Shown one piece after another: positions 24,258 to 36,569 of a stretch of 64,000 nucleotides of DNA (position 1 is its first letter; each line of letters opens with the position of its first letter). Origin of the DNA: Centroscyllium fabricii (taxonomy: Eukaryota); the NCBI GenBank assembly GCA_051313645.2, contig JBNRSN020000002.1:222704001-222768000 (forward strand), given 5' to 3'. The position numbers and the translations under genes are program-made. The notes beneath the pieces are model-generated. The model searched no databases. It was not told where the DNA came from and saw only the letters and a list, made by a program, of their open reading frames with translations.

Positions 24258-27200
24258 TGTAGCGCCAGCAAGGCCTAGGAACCACACGTGAGCCAGAGCG
24301 AGAGGAAACACAACTTTAATACGCTAGAGCTAAACAAGAAAGAGAGTGAACCACTCGCAACAAGCATATTTAAACAGTCCCGCGGTTGGTGACGTCATCG
24401 CGTCGGCAGACATGGTGACGTCGTTGCGTCACCCGGATGAGCGGGGCTCTGCTCCGCGGAGTTCCCGTGGCGGATTCGGTGTCCCAGTGGGCGTGCCGCC
24501 ACACAGCTCCCCCAGAATCCGTCCGGGGGAAATAGTAAAAGAGTCTATGTGAGCCGTTGTGGTGGCCGGATAATGCGGCCGGACCGTGTTGCCTGTTGCT
24601 TCTGGTTCTGCGGTGGAGAGTGGGTGGGTTTTGTTGCGGGAGGGCGACCGCATTGCGGTGGTAGTGCGGGGACAGTCGTCTCGCCCGCTATCACGTGCGC
24701 CGGCTTTAGCCGGTCTATTGTCACAGTTTCAGTTCTGTTGCCCAACTGCAGTTCGAAAGCTTTAGCTCCCGCCCGAAGCACTCTGTAGGGGCCATCGTAT
24801 GGTGGCTGTAGTGGGGATCGGTGTCCGTCGCGCCGGACGAACACGAATTTAGCGTTTTTGATGCCGTCCGGCACCCGAGCTGCCGGTTCTCCGTGCCGGG
24901 TCACTGGTAGTGGCTGGAAAGCTCGTGCCGGGTTGGCGAAGTCTTTTAAATACTGGTCGGCTGACCAGGGAGCGTTGGGCTCAGCTAGGAACTCGCCCGG
25001 CACTGTTAATGTTTGGCCGTAGACGAGTTCTGCTGCCGAGGCGTTTAGGTCTTCCTTGACTGCCGAGCGCAGCCCGAGGAGAACCCATGGAAGGCGGTCG
25101 GTCCACGACGCGTCCTTGAGTGTGGCTCGTAGTGATGCCTTCATTGAGCGGTGGAACCGTTCGCATAGCCCGTTCGCTTGTGGGTGGTATGCGGTGGTTC
25201 GATGTAGTGTTACCCCGAGGTCACGGGCGATGGCCGCCCATAATGCCGACGTAAACTGGGGTCCTCTGTCGGAGGTGATGTCTGTGGGCACGCCGAAGCG
25301 GGCGACCCAGGTGGCGATGAACGCCCTGGCCAAGTCCGTGGTGCCGGTGGCGGTGAGGGGGACTGCTTCTGGCCAGCGAGTGTTGCGGTCGACCATGGTC
25401 ATCACGTGCGTGTGGCCCCGGGATGGCGGTAGTGGCCCGACGAGGTCGATATGGACGTGGTCAAAGCGTCTGGCCGGCACTTTAAAAGTTTCCAGCGGTG
25501 CCCTGATGTGCTTATGCACTTTGGAGCGCTGGCAGGCAATGCAGGAGCTGGCCCAGGCGTGAACGTCCTTGCGCAGGCCGCGCCATACGAACCGGGCCGA
25601 GATTAATTTAATGGACGCGCGGGTGCCGGGGTGGGACAGGTCATGGAGGGTCCTAAATATGTGTCGCCTCCAAGCGTGGGGGACGACGGGCCTGGGCTGC
25701 GGCAGGGATACGTCGCAGCAGACGACGGTGGCGGCGGGGCCGTGCGCGATATTGGCCAAGTGGAGGCCAGGGAGATTTGCTGCTGCGTTGAGCAGGTCAG
25801 GGTCGGCCAGCTGGTCTGCGGCCAGCTGGGCGTAATCGACCGCCATTTGGGCGGCGTTAATGGTGGGGCGTGAGAGGCAGTCAGCGACCATGTTGTCGTG
25901 GCCGGAAATATGTTGGATGTCGGTCGTAAATTCCGACACGGCCACGAGTTGGCGCTGCTGCCTGGCCGACCAGGGTTCGGCGACCTTAGCCATCGCAAAC
26001 GTGAGCGGCTTATGGTCGACGAAGGCTGTGAAGTGGCGGCCCTCCAGGAGGAAGCGAAAATGTCGCACTGCCAGATGGAGAGCGAGGAGCTCCCTATCGA
26101 AGGCGCTGTACTTAACCTCCGGGGGCCGGAGTTGCCGGCTGAAAAAGGCCAGGGGCTGCCACGAGTTGCCGGTCCACTGCTCAAATACGGCCCCGACCGC
26201 GTGGTCGGAGGCGTCGGTGGTGAGGGCTACTCTGGCGTTGGGCCTAGGGTGGGCTAGGAGGGTGGCGTTTGCCAGGGCGGTTTTAGTTGCGGTGAAGGCG
26301 GTGGCGGCGTCGGCCGTCCACTCGACCGCAGCCTTGTTGGACTGCCCGCGGGTGGCCTGGTATAAGGGGGCCATGAGAGCGGCTGCTCCCGGGATAAAGC
26401 GGTTATAAAAATTTACCATCCCCAGAAATTCCTGCAGCCCTTTAATGGAGTGCGGGCGGGGAAATTCCTGCACCGCCTGCACCTTGGAGGGCAGGGGTAT
26501 GGCCCCTGTTTGGGAAATACGGTGGCCGAGGAAGTCAATGGTATCGAGGCCGAATTTGCACTTGGTCGGACTTAATATGAGGCCGTGTTCGGCCAGGCGC
26601 TGGAACAGGGTCCTGAGGTGCAGGAGGTGTTCCTGGGGGGAGGTGCTGGCCACGAGGATGTCGTCTAAATAGACGAAAATGAACTTCAAGTCCCGCAGGA
26701 CCGAGTCCATGAGGCGCTGGAAGGCCTGGGCCGCGTTTTTAAGGCCGAAGGGCATCCTGAGGAACTCGAAGAGCCCGAAGGGGGTGATGACGGCCGTTTT
26801 AGGAATGTCCGCCGGGTGCACCGGAACCTGATGGTAGCCACGCACCAGGTCGATCTTAGAAAAGATCGTACAGCCCGCTAATCTGGCGGAAAAATCCTGG
26901 ATGTGGGGTACGGGGTACCTATCCGGGGTGGTGGCGTTGTTAAGGCGGCGGTAGTCGCCGCAGGGGCGCCAACCCCCGTCTGGCTTGGGGGCTATGTGGA
27001 GAGGAGAGGCCCAGGGGCTGTTGGAGCGGCGGATAATGCCGAGTTGCTCCATGGTGCGGAACTCGGTGCGCGCGATCTCCTGTTTGGCCGGGTCGAGCCT
27101 ACGGGCGTGGGCATGGACGGGAGGGCCTGTGGTCGTGATAAAGTGTTCCACCCCGTGTTTGGCCTGGCGGGCGGTGAATGTGGGGTTGGTTAGGGCGGGG

Positions 27201-28708
27201 AACTCTGCAAGAAGTGTGCCGTAGGCATCTGAGTTCCGTGAGCGGCATTGGGCTGCCGCGTGGGCCAGGAGTGCGGGCCCTGTGGAGCATGGGATGGTCG
27301 TCATGTTATTCATGTTGACCAAGCGGCGCCAGGTTACATCGACCAGTAGGCCGTAGGCGCAGAGGAAATCTGCCCCGAGGAGGGGCGATGTGACCTGGGC
27401 CGTAACGAAGTCCCAGGTGTACGTGTGGCTTGCAAGTGTAATAGTAAGCTTGCGGGTGCCGTACGTTTTGATACTGGAGCCGTTGGCCGCTGCTAATGGC
27501 GGGCCCCGGGTGCCTTGTTTGGTTTCTGCAGGGGAGGCTGGCACGATGCTGTGCTGCGCGCCTGTGTCGCAGAGGAACCTAAGGCCTGTGCCTCTGTCTG
27601 TTACAAAGAGCAGTGCTCCTGTGTGGCCTACAGACATGGTGGGGGCTGAGTTGGGCCGTGGCTTGAACGCGCATGGCTGGACGCAGTGGTGCGCTTTGTG
27701 ATCGAACCGCGTGTGGTAGTAGCACCAGCCGGTGCTAGAGGGGCGCAGTTGCCTAGGTGGGCGCGGGGCCCTAGGTTCAGGCGTAAAGTTAGGCCTGGGG
27801 GGTGTTTGGCTGCGCTCCACCGATGCAGAGTTAGGGTCGCACGTGGTTGAGCGGGTGCGCTGCACCTCCATGAGCCTGTCGGCTTCCTCCGCGAGCTCGT
27901 CATCGCTCCGTTGGCCAAGGGCCGCCAAGGCCGGTCTGATGGAGCAGGGCAGTTTAAGGAGGAAGACGGTGCGGAACAGGGAGGCCGGATTGGGTGTAAG
28001 CGCTTGCATCTGACCTAAGAGGTCCGATGGGTCTGCGTCCCCGAGTTCGGGGAGGTCGAGGAGCTGGCAGTCGCGCTCGAATTGGGAGGGGGTAAAAAAT
28101 TTTATAAGCGCGGCCTTAAGGGATTCATACCTGCCTGTAGTGGGCACACGCTGTATTTTTGACCACATCCGATCGATCGTCGATTGCGGTAGGGCTGAGA
28201 ACACCAGGTTGTAGCGGTCGTCCCCCTGGATGCCATGTGTGTGGCAGCTGGTCTCAATGCACATAAACCAGGCCGCTGGCCGTTGCTCCCAGAACTCGGA
28301 TAGAGTTAGACCACGCCCGAGGTTCTGGCCAAGTCCTTGCATTTGTGGAGCTTGGTTCCTTGCTCTTGCCATGTTTTCTGTTTAAAATGTTCTTTGGCTG
28401 GTGGTCCCAGATCCTGCGGCAGCTTTTCTTCTTTGGAAGTCGTTCCAATTCGGGGTCACCACTGTAGCGCCAGCAAGGCCTAGGAACCACACGTGAGCCA
28501 GAGCTAGAGGAAACACAACTTTAATACGCTAGAGCTAAACAAGAAAGAGAGTGAACCACTCGCAACAAGCATATTTAAACAGTCACGCGGTTGGTGACGT
28601 CATCGCATCGGCAGACGTGGTGACGTCATCGCGTCACCCGGATGAGCGGGGCTCTGCTCCGCGGAGTTCCCGTGGCGGATTCGGTGTCCCAGTGGGCGTG
28701 CCGCCACG
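24258..28708 (-). mobile_element. Full-length CsRn1-clade Ty3/Gypsy retrotransposon
   Basis: 246-bp LTRs 24258-24503 and 28463-28708 (~7 differences by eye); TSD GTAT; PBS tggtgaccccg (tRNA-Trp-like) at 28451-28461; PPT ~24504-24514. Confidence 0.95.
24545..28372 (-). CDS. gag-pol: Intact Gag-Pol polyprotein (1275 aa)
   Basis: CHCC motif CYYH-x9-C-x3-C, protease CDTGA, RT YLDD, RNase H TDAS, integrase HHCC and D-D-35-E, GPY motif; no internal stops. Confidence 0.95.
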   Translation of the reverse strand: MARARNQAPQMQGLGQNLGRGLTLSEFWEQRPAAWFMCIETSCHTHGIQGDDRYNLVFSALPQSTIDRMWSKIQRVPTTGRYESLKAALIKFFTPSQFERDCQLLDLPELGDADPSDLLGQMQALTPNPASLFRTVFLLKLPCSIRPALAALGQRSDDELAEEADRLMEVQRTRSTTCDPNSASVERSQTPPRPNFTPEPRAPRPPRQLRPSSTGWCYYHTRFDHKAHHCVQPCAFKPRPNSAPTMSVGHTGALLFVTDRGTGLRFLCDTGAQHSIVPASPAETKQGTRGPPLAAANGSSIKTYGTRKLTITLASHTYTWDFVTAQVTSPLLGADFLCAYGLLVDVTWRRLVNMNNMTTIPCSTGPALLAHAAAQCRSRNSDAYGTLLAEFPALTNPTFTARQAKHGVEHFITTTGPPVHAHARRLDPAKQEIARTEFRTMEQLGIIRRSNSPWASPLHIAPKPDGGWRPCGDYRRLNNATTPDRYPVPHIQDFSARLAGCTIFSKIDLVRGYHQVPVHPADIPKTAVITPFGLFEFLRMPFGLKNAAQAFQRLMDSVLRDLKFIFVYLDDILVASTSPQEHLLHLRTLFQRLAEHGLILSPTKCKFGLDTIDFLGHRISQTGAIPLPSKVQAVQEFPRPHSIKGLQEFLGMVNFYNRFIPGAAALMAPLYQATRGQSNKAAVEWTADAATAFTATKTALANATLLAHPRPNARVALTTDASDHAVGAVFEQWTGNSWQPLAFFSRQLRPPEVKYSAFDRELLALHLAVRHFRFLLEGRHFTAFVDHKPLTFAMAKVAEPWSARQQRQLVAVSEFTTDIQHISGHDNMVADCLSRPTINAAQMAVDYAQLAADQLADPDLLNAAANLPGLHLANIAHGPAATVVCCDVSLPQPRPVVPHAWRRHIFRTLHDLSHPGTRASIKLISARFVWRGLRKDVHAWASSCIACQRSKVHKHIRAPLETFKVPARRFDHVHIDLVGPLPPSRGHTHVMTMVDRNTRWPEAVPLTATGTTDLARAFIATWVARFGVPTDITSDRGPQFTSALWAAIARDLGVTLHRTTAYHPQANGLCERFHRSMKASLRATLKDASWTDRLPWVLLGLRSAVKEDLNASAAELVYGQTLTVPGEFLAEPNAPWSADQYLKDFANPARAFQPLPVTRHGEPAARVPDGIKNAKFVFVRRDGHRSPLQPPYDGPYRVLRAGAKAFELQLGNRTETVTIDRLKPAHVIAGETTVPALPPQCGRPPATKPTHSPPQNQKQQATRSGRIIRPPQRLT

Positions 28709-29023
28709 GTATCGTCAATAGTCTAATAAAACTAAAGACGCGTAGTTACCTTAACTATAGGCTTTTATTAGCTTACAACGGAGCTATGCTCCGATCGAAC
28801 ATCAGGTACCGAATGAATGGGGGCCGGTCAGTCCCCACCTATAAGGCACTCACCTGAGGGGAGGAGTTAGAGGTGTAGCTGACCTGGCCCCGCGACAGTG
28901 TCGCAATACAGGACAGTTACATCATGCACCCGACCGCTATACATACATGTAATATTGGTAACAATATTAGGGTGGTAATAAGAGTACATATAACGGTTAC
29001 CACATTCACCCCTTCTTTGAAAA

Positions 29024-32000
29024 TCAAGTCCGGCGGGGTGAATGGACAGAGCAGTTCATTATTAGCTTATCCGGCGGACGCGTCTGTCTGGAGGACCGCC
29101 GGGTGTCTGTCAAATGTTCTGGTTCCTGTAGCATCGGCGGCGCTGGAGCCGGTGGTGGTGGCGGCGGCGCTGGTGCCGGTACTGTAGGTGCTGTTGGTGG
29201 CGGTGGGTCCGAGCCCTGCGGTTGCTGCTGTGCCTGCAGCTGGTCATCCGAGTCTTGGTCCTCAGCTGGCAATGGCGGGGGCTCCGAACCATACGGTAGT
29301 GGCGGCCAGCCTCCGGTGGGTTGTGGGTCGTGTATCGGCCAGTGGTCGATATGTAGTGGCTGGAGGTGGCCGAAATATAGTGGCTGGGCAGGCTGCTGCC
29401 CGACCAGGGGCTCTGCTGTGGTGCCCCCGGTGGGCGCTAGGTCCCTGTTGGAGACGGTGTCCTCGCGCCCGTCCGGGAACTGTACGTACGCATACTGTGG
29501 GTTGGCGTGCAGCAGCTGCACCTTGTCTACCAGGGGGTCGGTCTTATGGCCGCGGACGTGCTTCCTAAGCAAGACCGGCCCCGGCATTGTGAGCCACGGT
29601 GGAAGGGCTGTCCCCGAAGTCGACTTCCTGGGGAAGGAAAAGATTAAATTGTGAGGTGTGGCATTGGTGGCCGTACACAACAGAGAGCGTATCGAGTGCA
29701 GCGCATCAGGGAGGACTGCCTGCCAACGGGACACTGGAAGGCCTGTGAACTTCAGGGCCAGGGTGACCGCCTTCCAGATGATCCCGTTCTCCCTTTCTAC
29801 CTGGCCGTTCCCAAGGGGGTTGTAACTGGTCGTTCTGCTCGAGGCAACCCCTTTCTGGAGCAGAAACTGACGCAGTTCGTCGCTCATGAACGACGCCCCC
29901 CGGTCGCTATGGATGCAGCTGGGGAGACCGAAAATAGCGAACAGCGTGGTGAAGTGTTTGATCACCGTTGCGCTCGTCATATCTGGGCAGGGGAAGGCGA
30001 AGGGGAAGCGGGAGAACTCGTCTACGACCGTGAGGAAGTACGAGTTGTGGTTGGGAGGGGGCCTTTGCAGTCCACGCTTAGACGTTCAAAGGGGCGGGTG
30101 GCCTTAATGAGATGCGCCATGTCTGGCCTGAAAAATTGGGGTTTGCACTCGGCGCAAACAGGGCACTCTCGGGTCATAGCCTTGATCTCCGTGATGGAGT
30201 AGGGGAGGCTACGGGATTTTACGAAGTGGGCAAGTCTGGTGTCACCCGGGTGGCAGAGGCGATCGTGGAGTTCCTTCAGCCGGTCTACCTGGGCACTGGC
30301 GCACGTTCCCCTGGACAGTGCATCCGGGGGTTCATTGAGTTTGCCTGGTCGGTAAAGAATGTCGTACTCGTAAGTCGAGAGCTCGATCCGCCACCGCAGG
30401 ATCTTATCATTCTTGATTTTACCCTTTTGTTTATTATTAAACATAAACGCGACCGACCGTTGGTCGGTGAGTAGGGTAAAACGCTTACCGGCCAGGTAAT
30501 GACGCCAGTAGCGTACGGCCTCCACGATGGCCTGGGCCTTCTTTTCCACTGCAGAGTGGCGAAACTCGGGTCCCTGTAATGTGCGGCAGAAAAACGCTAT
30601 GGGCCTGCCTGCCTGATTCAGGGTGGCGGCAAGGGCAAAGTCCGAAGTGTCACTCTCCACCTGGAAAGGGATGGATTCATCAACGGCGTGCATGGTCGCC
30701 TTGATAATGTCTTCCTTGATCCGGGCGAATGTCGTTTGGGCTTCTACCGACAGGGGGAAGGCGGCAGCCTTAAGGAGTGGTCTGGCCTTATACGCGAACT
30801 GGGGAACCCATTGCGCGTAATAAGAGAAAAATCCCAGACATCTCTTCAGGGCTTTGGGGTTGTGAGGAAGGGGCAGTTCCTGTAAGGGGCGCATACGCTG
30901 TGTGTCGGGGCCGAGGACCCCGTTTTCCACCACGTATCCGAGGATGGCGAGCCGATCTGTACTAAAGACACATTTGTCTTTGTTGTATGTGAGATCTAGC
31001 CGTTTCGCTTTGTCGAGGAATTTGGCCAGATTGGCATCGTGGTCCTGCTGGTCATGGCCGCAGATGGTCACGTTGTCCAGGTAGAGGAAGGTGGCCTGCA
31101 GCCCGTTCTGGTCAACCATGCGGTCCATCTCCCTCTGGAATACCGACACCCCGTTGGTCACGCCGAAGGGGACCCGGAGGAAGTGGTAGAGCCGACCGTT
31201 CGCCTCGAAGGCGGTGTACGGGCGGTCGGCTTTCCGGATCGGGAGTTGGTGATACGCCGACTTAAGGTCGATTGTGGAGAACACCTTGTATTGGGCGATC
31301 TGGTTAACCATTTCCAAGATGCGGGGGAGGGGGTAGGCATCGAGCCCGGTGTAGCGGTTAATGGTCTGGCTGTAATCGATAACCATCCGATGTTTCTCGC
31401 CTGTCTTAACTGGGCCCGCCAGGGGCTGGTGCTGGCTTCAATAATTCCCTCCTTCAGCATACGCCCGACCTCCGACCTGATAAACGTCCGATCCCCTGCA
31501 CTGTACCACCGACTCTTAGTAGCAATGGGCTTGCAGTTGGGGTCGAGGTTGGCGAACAGTGAGGGGGGGTCGACTTTCAGGGTGGAGAGGCCGCAGGCCG
31601 GGCTCCGCTTTGGGAAGAGATTTTCCCGGCTACTGACGGTGAGTGGGGGCAGGGTCCCGCCGAACTCCATTGTCAAACTCTTAAGGTGGCACTGGAAATC
31701 CAGTCCCAGTAAGACTGGGGCGCACAACTGCTTGAGTGTGTATAATTTAAAATTACTGTACACGCAGCCCTTAACTGTGAGCGTGACGGAGCAGTAGCCG
31801 GTGACGTCCGCGGTGTGGGACTGTGAAGCAAGGGAGACCTGGTGGCGCGTGGGCAGGGTCTGCAGTCCGTAGCGCTGCGCTGTATCGGGGTGAATGAAGC
31901 TCTCTGTGCTTCCGGTGTCGAACAGGCAGTTAGTGGCATGGCCGTTGACTTTAATCCCCATCATGGAATTTGATAGGGTGTGCGGCCTAGCCTGATCGAC

Positions 32001-32192
32001 TTTCGGGATGGCTGAGGCCGAAGTGTGTGTGTGTGTGTGTGTGTGGGAGCCCTCCGCTGGTTGGGGCCATACACAAGATGGCGGCGCCTGTTGTTCGCAC
32101 ATGGCCGGCCTCTGGGGACAAAATGGCGGCGCCGGAGAGTTGCACATGGCTGGCCGCTGAAGACAAGATGGCGGCGCCGGGGGGTCGCACAT
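29024..32192 (-). pseudogene. pol: Frameshifted Gypsy pol (PR-RT-RH-IN)
   Basis: FDTGS, YLDN, PFGVTNG, HSDRG, GNGQVER in ORFs 31158-32192, 30022-31386, 29024-29980. Confidence 0.9.
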
Positions 32193-33167
32193 GGCTGGCC
32201 GCTGAAGACAAGATGGCGGCGCCCGTGATTCGCACGCGGCAGGCCACTGTAGACGCGATGGCGGTGCCCGTGGTTCTCACGCAGCGGGCCGTGGCGGCTG
32301 GGTTGGCGCTGCCCGTGATTCGGGTGTCGGGGGGTCCCTCGTGCAGCTGAACGCACGTTCAGTTGTTCATGTTTAGGAGAGGGCGTTGATTGGAACGGCG
32401 ATATCCAAAATAACAGGTCAAATCAGCGTTACACGCTGACTGATGTCCTGACCTACCTACTCTGCATACTGCCGATGCACGCACATCCCGCCCATACTAT
32501 CGCTCTCACCAAGATGGCGAACAGCACGTGCCACGCCAGAAGTGGGCAGAAGTGAGGTGGCGACCATTTTTTTCTCCAAACCGTCCTTAATTGCCATGCT
32601 AAGGTGTCAACTTTCATGGCCTGACTGTTCCCAAAAAACAAGGGCCCAAATCTTTGTAGATCTTTTTAGAATCTCGAAACAGTCTCTGTTGAAATGATTC
32701 AATAATGATAACCACCTACAGAGCTCCCCTCTCTTCACACCTTCAATATTGAATTGTGCCAGTGCAGCCAGTGTGCCAGTGCAGCCTGTAGGGTTCGCAA
32801 AATTTCCTGCTTTCCCAGCCCTTGTAAAGAAAACTTACAGTAAAATGGACACATTTTACAGTGGACAAAATGGAGTCTGGGATCATATGACCACAGATGA
32901 AAGCTGGTCATTTTCTCCCCAGTAACAGGGGCCAGATGCAGTCTGTTATTTCAAAATTAGATGTACTCATAGCTCCAGAAAAGAGCATTGAATATGTATG
33001 GAGGGCCAGCCAGTAGGCCGGCTGAAATAAAGGACACTTAATTGGATAATGATCAATGTTTATTTTGGGTAAAACAGGAGGGGGAGTGGGAGCGCTTCAA
33101 AACCGCTCACGGGCAGGTACGGGCCAAACCGACCTTGCACACCACCCAGCCAAACCCCCAACAGAAA

Positions 33168-33185
33168 TAGCGACCACGGCAGGAC
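33168..33185 (+). promoter_or_regulatory. Primer binding site, tRNA-Arg(UCG)-like
   Basis: tagcgaccacggcaggac 4 nt after the LTR; resembles TGGCGACCGCGGCAGGAC, the complement of a vertebrate tRNA-Arg 3' end as recalled. Confidence 0.65.
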
Positions 33186-33238
33186 ACTGGCCACAGGCCT
33201 CTGGTGTGGTAGGCAATGGCTCAGGGGAGTCAAATGTT

Positions 33239-34974
33239 ATGGAAGAGAGGATTTCAGATTATGTGTTCAGTAAGGTGAATCTGACTAAGAAGTGGATCAC
33301 CGCTCTGTTAAAGGCTGAGTGCCCGGTGGACGCAGCAGCTAAGTGGACAGGGGGGACGGAGCCGAAGAAATCTCTCAAAGACCGTGTGGCCGTGTTGTTA
33401 TAAGAAGCAGGTACAGCTTCTAGATGGGCTCTTCGCAGCCCAAGCAGCTAGGTTAAAGAAGCTAGACCTGGAGGTTCAGGAGAAAGCTCTAGTGGAGTAA
33501 AGTTATTGGTAGCGCTACAGGCCCTCAATCAGGAGAGGGAACAGTTAATAGGGGAGTATGAGGCACAGTTGGAGTACCTGCAGTGCCAAGTCACAGAAGT
33601 CAAAGGGCATGAGTTTAGGTTACGGGATAGAAGTGCCCGCCTGACCAAGGAAGTCAGGGAACACGAGGAGAAAGTAAGGGAAGTGCAGGCCGCCTACAGG
33701 GTGGCACGCGAGCAGGGGTTTGAGGATGCAGATCACAGCTCCTGTTTGGAAGAGATACAGAAACTGAGCTGTGCCCTCCAGAAGGCAAAAGACATGGTAT
33801 GTCTCCTAAGCCCAAAGGCAGGCCAGGCAGATTTCTTGGGGAACGAGGGTAGGGCCCTTCCAACAGCCTCAGTAGTGTCGAGGGACGAACCGGTAGTGAG
33901 GAAGGAATCCCTACATCCATCACCCACCACGCCAAGCTTCGGCGAATTGTGGCACCAAGGAGAGGTGGAAGTGGTGGTGGTGCGAGCCCCGGAGAGGTCG
34001 GGAGCAGGGCCCATGTGCCCGGCCTGGCAGCAGAGGCTGGGACCACCCGTTCATGGTGAACCAGAGGGACCCCTCCAAAACCAGTTCATTGTGCCCTTCA
34101 ACACTCAGCAGCTGAGGAGTATGGTTAGCCATATCCTGAAGCTATCCCAAAAGGGAGACCCCCCGGTCCACCTCAGAGAGGTAGAGCAGGCAGCCAGCGT
34201 CAACGACTGCGATGACGCCGAACAGGCAAAAATGCTGCTATTCTCTCTGGAGAGCAGCCTCCTCCAGTCCCTCTCTGATGAGAATAAAAGGGGGCAGAGC
34301 GGGTACGAGGAGCTGAAGGAAGCCGTGTTAGAAGCCCTGGGGATGGATGAGGGAAGTCCCTTCTTCTGTGGGGAGAAGACGGTCCAGCTAGCAGGGGAAA
34401 CTCCGCAGGCTTTCGTGGACCGGCTATGGCCTGTGTACTGGAGAGCTTGTCCAGGAATGACCAACTGGGCACTCCTGCGTGGGGCACCCTGGCTCACTGG
34501 CTCCATTGCTTGGTGGCGAACAGCCTGCCGCAAGTCCGAGCAAAAGCGGAGGCATGGTTCGACCCCAAGGACCCCGGCACCACCGAGGCCGGGGTGATCA
34601 GGCAGCTAACTCTGGCCTATAAAAACAGTCGGGGAGCTGAGGCGCCCCCAGCCAAAGGGAAGGTGCACGAGGCAAGGCCCGGACCGGGTAGGAAAGAGTG
34701 GCGCCAGGAAAGGACTAATTCCCCCCTCTCACAGTTGAACTGCTATGGGTGTGGGAAGGATGGCCACTGGCGAAATGAGTGCAGGAATCTGTGGAAGGAT
34801 TCAAAGGGAAAGACTCCCACAGCCCCAGCCCAGCCGGAGGGGGCCGGAGACCGGCCCACCCAGGTCGAGATGCTTTTGGATGCCATGAGGTCATTATTGT
34901 CTGGCCAAGGGAAGGTAGCAACGGCTACCGGCGCTCTACCCTGTCAGCCCCCGCCAACCCCCAGCCCTGACTAG
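33239..34974 (+). pseudogene. gag: Gag-like gene (coiled coil, capsid-like region, CCHC knuckle), frameshifted
   Basis: Heptad-rich 33506-33800; MHR-like QLAGETPQAFVDRLW; CYGCGKDGHWRNEC at ~34741-34782. Confidence 0.8.
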
Positions 34975-36569
34975 AGCAGGCACAGCCGGTTTGACGTATC
35001 GTCAATTAATAAACAAAGACGAGTAGTTCCCTAAACGACAGGCTTTTATTAATTAAGAATGGAGCTGGTCTCCTGATGAGGTCAAGGTGAAGAATGAGCG
35101 GGGGCAGGGCAGCACTCACCTATATACTCCGACCTGAGGGGAGGAGTTAGGGGTGTGGCTGACCTGGCCTGCAATACAATACAGGTGAACCAGCAACTAT
35201 TTACAGTGGTTATTACACAATTACCACATTCACACCTGCTTTAAAAACAAGTCCGGCGGGGTGAATGTGCCTTCGGGTGAAAGAAAAGATCTATATGTAC
35301 AGGTACGCATAATCAATTAGCATTTCGTTATCAGTCTCTCCGGCGGTCGCGTCTGCCTGAGGGACCGCCGGGGTGCCAGCGATGGTGGTGCTGGTTGCAG
35401 GGCCAGGGACGAGCTCGCCGCCAACGGTGCCAGCGGTGCGGCGTCCGATCCCGGGTCGACGAACGGTGGTGTTGAGGGCCCCGGTGTGTGTATATATGGG
35501 GGCCAGTATTCGGTGGGTGGTGGCTGGTCGAGCAGAGGCTCGACCGGGGGTTCTGCCCTAGTGCTCCTGGCGGGCTCCAGGTCCCTGATCGAGACCGTAT
35601 CCTCGTGCCCGTCCGGGTATGCCACGTAAGCATATTGTGGGTTGGCATGGAGCAGGTGCACCCGTTCCACCAGGGGGTCGGTCTTGTGGCCGCGGACGTG
35701 CTTCCTAAGCAACACTGGCCCCTGCGCTGTCAGCCACAGCGGGAGTGCTGTCCCCGAAGTCGACTTCCTGGGGAAGGAAAACAACAGGTCATGAGTGGCG
35801 GTACACAACAGAGAGCGGATGGCATGGAACGCGTCTGGGAGGACATCCTGCCAACGGGAGACTGGAAGGCCTCTGGACTTCAGGCCCAGGTTGACCGCCT
35901 TCCAGATGGTCCCGTTCTCCCTTTCTACCTGGCCCTTTCCCCGGGGGTTGTAACTGGTCGTTCTGCTTGAGGCAACCCATTTCTGAAGCAGGAACTGATG
36001 CAGTTTGTCGCTCATGAACGACGACCCCCGGTCCCTATGGATGTAGCTGGGGAGACCGAAAATGGCGAACAGCGTGGGGAAGTGTATGATTACCATTGCG
36101 CTCGTCATATCTGGGCAGTGGAAGGCAAAGGGGAAGCGTGAGAACTCGTCTTTGACCGTAAGGAAATACGAGTTGCGGTCAGTGGAGGGGAGGGGGCCTT
36201 TGAAGTCCACGCTCAGGTGTTCAAAGGGATGGGTGGCCTTGATGACGTGCGCCGTGTCTGGCCTGTAGAATTGGGGTTTGCACTCGGCACAGACAGGGCA
36301 CTCTTTGGTCATAGCCTTTATCTCCGTGATGGAGTAGGGGAGGCTAGGGGCTTTGACGAAGTGGGCGAGTCTGGTGACACCCGGGTGGCAGAGGCGATCA
36401 TGGAGGGCCTTCAGCCAGTCAAGCTGGGCGCTGGCGCATGTTCCCCTGGACAGTGCGTCCAGGGGTTCGTTGAGCTTGCCTGGATGGTAAAGAATGTCAT
36501 ACTCGTAAGTCGAGAGTTCGATCCACCACCGAAGGATCTTATCATTCTTGATTTTACCCCGTTATTATT

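Larger units (their letters stand above)
24250..32345 (-). mobile_element. 5'-truncated Mag-like Gypsy retrotransposon; 3' LTR (24250-24257 + 28713-29004) split by a nested element
   Basis: Protease, RT, RNase H and integrase ORFs; PPT at 29005-29017; LTR similar to 514-796. Confidence 0.9.

Noticed and set aside
24549-32350. Many overlapping + strand ORFs
   Set aside because: Antisense shadows of GC-rich Gypsy pol genes
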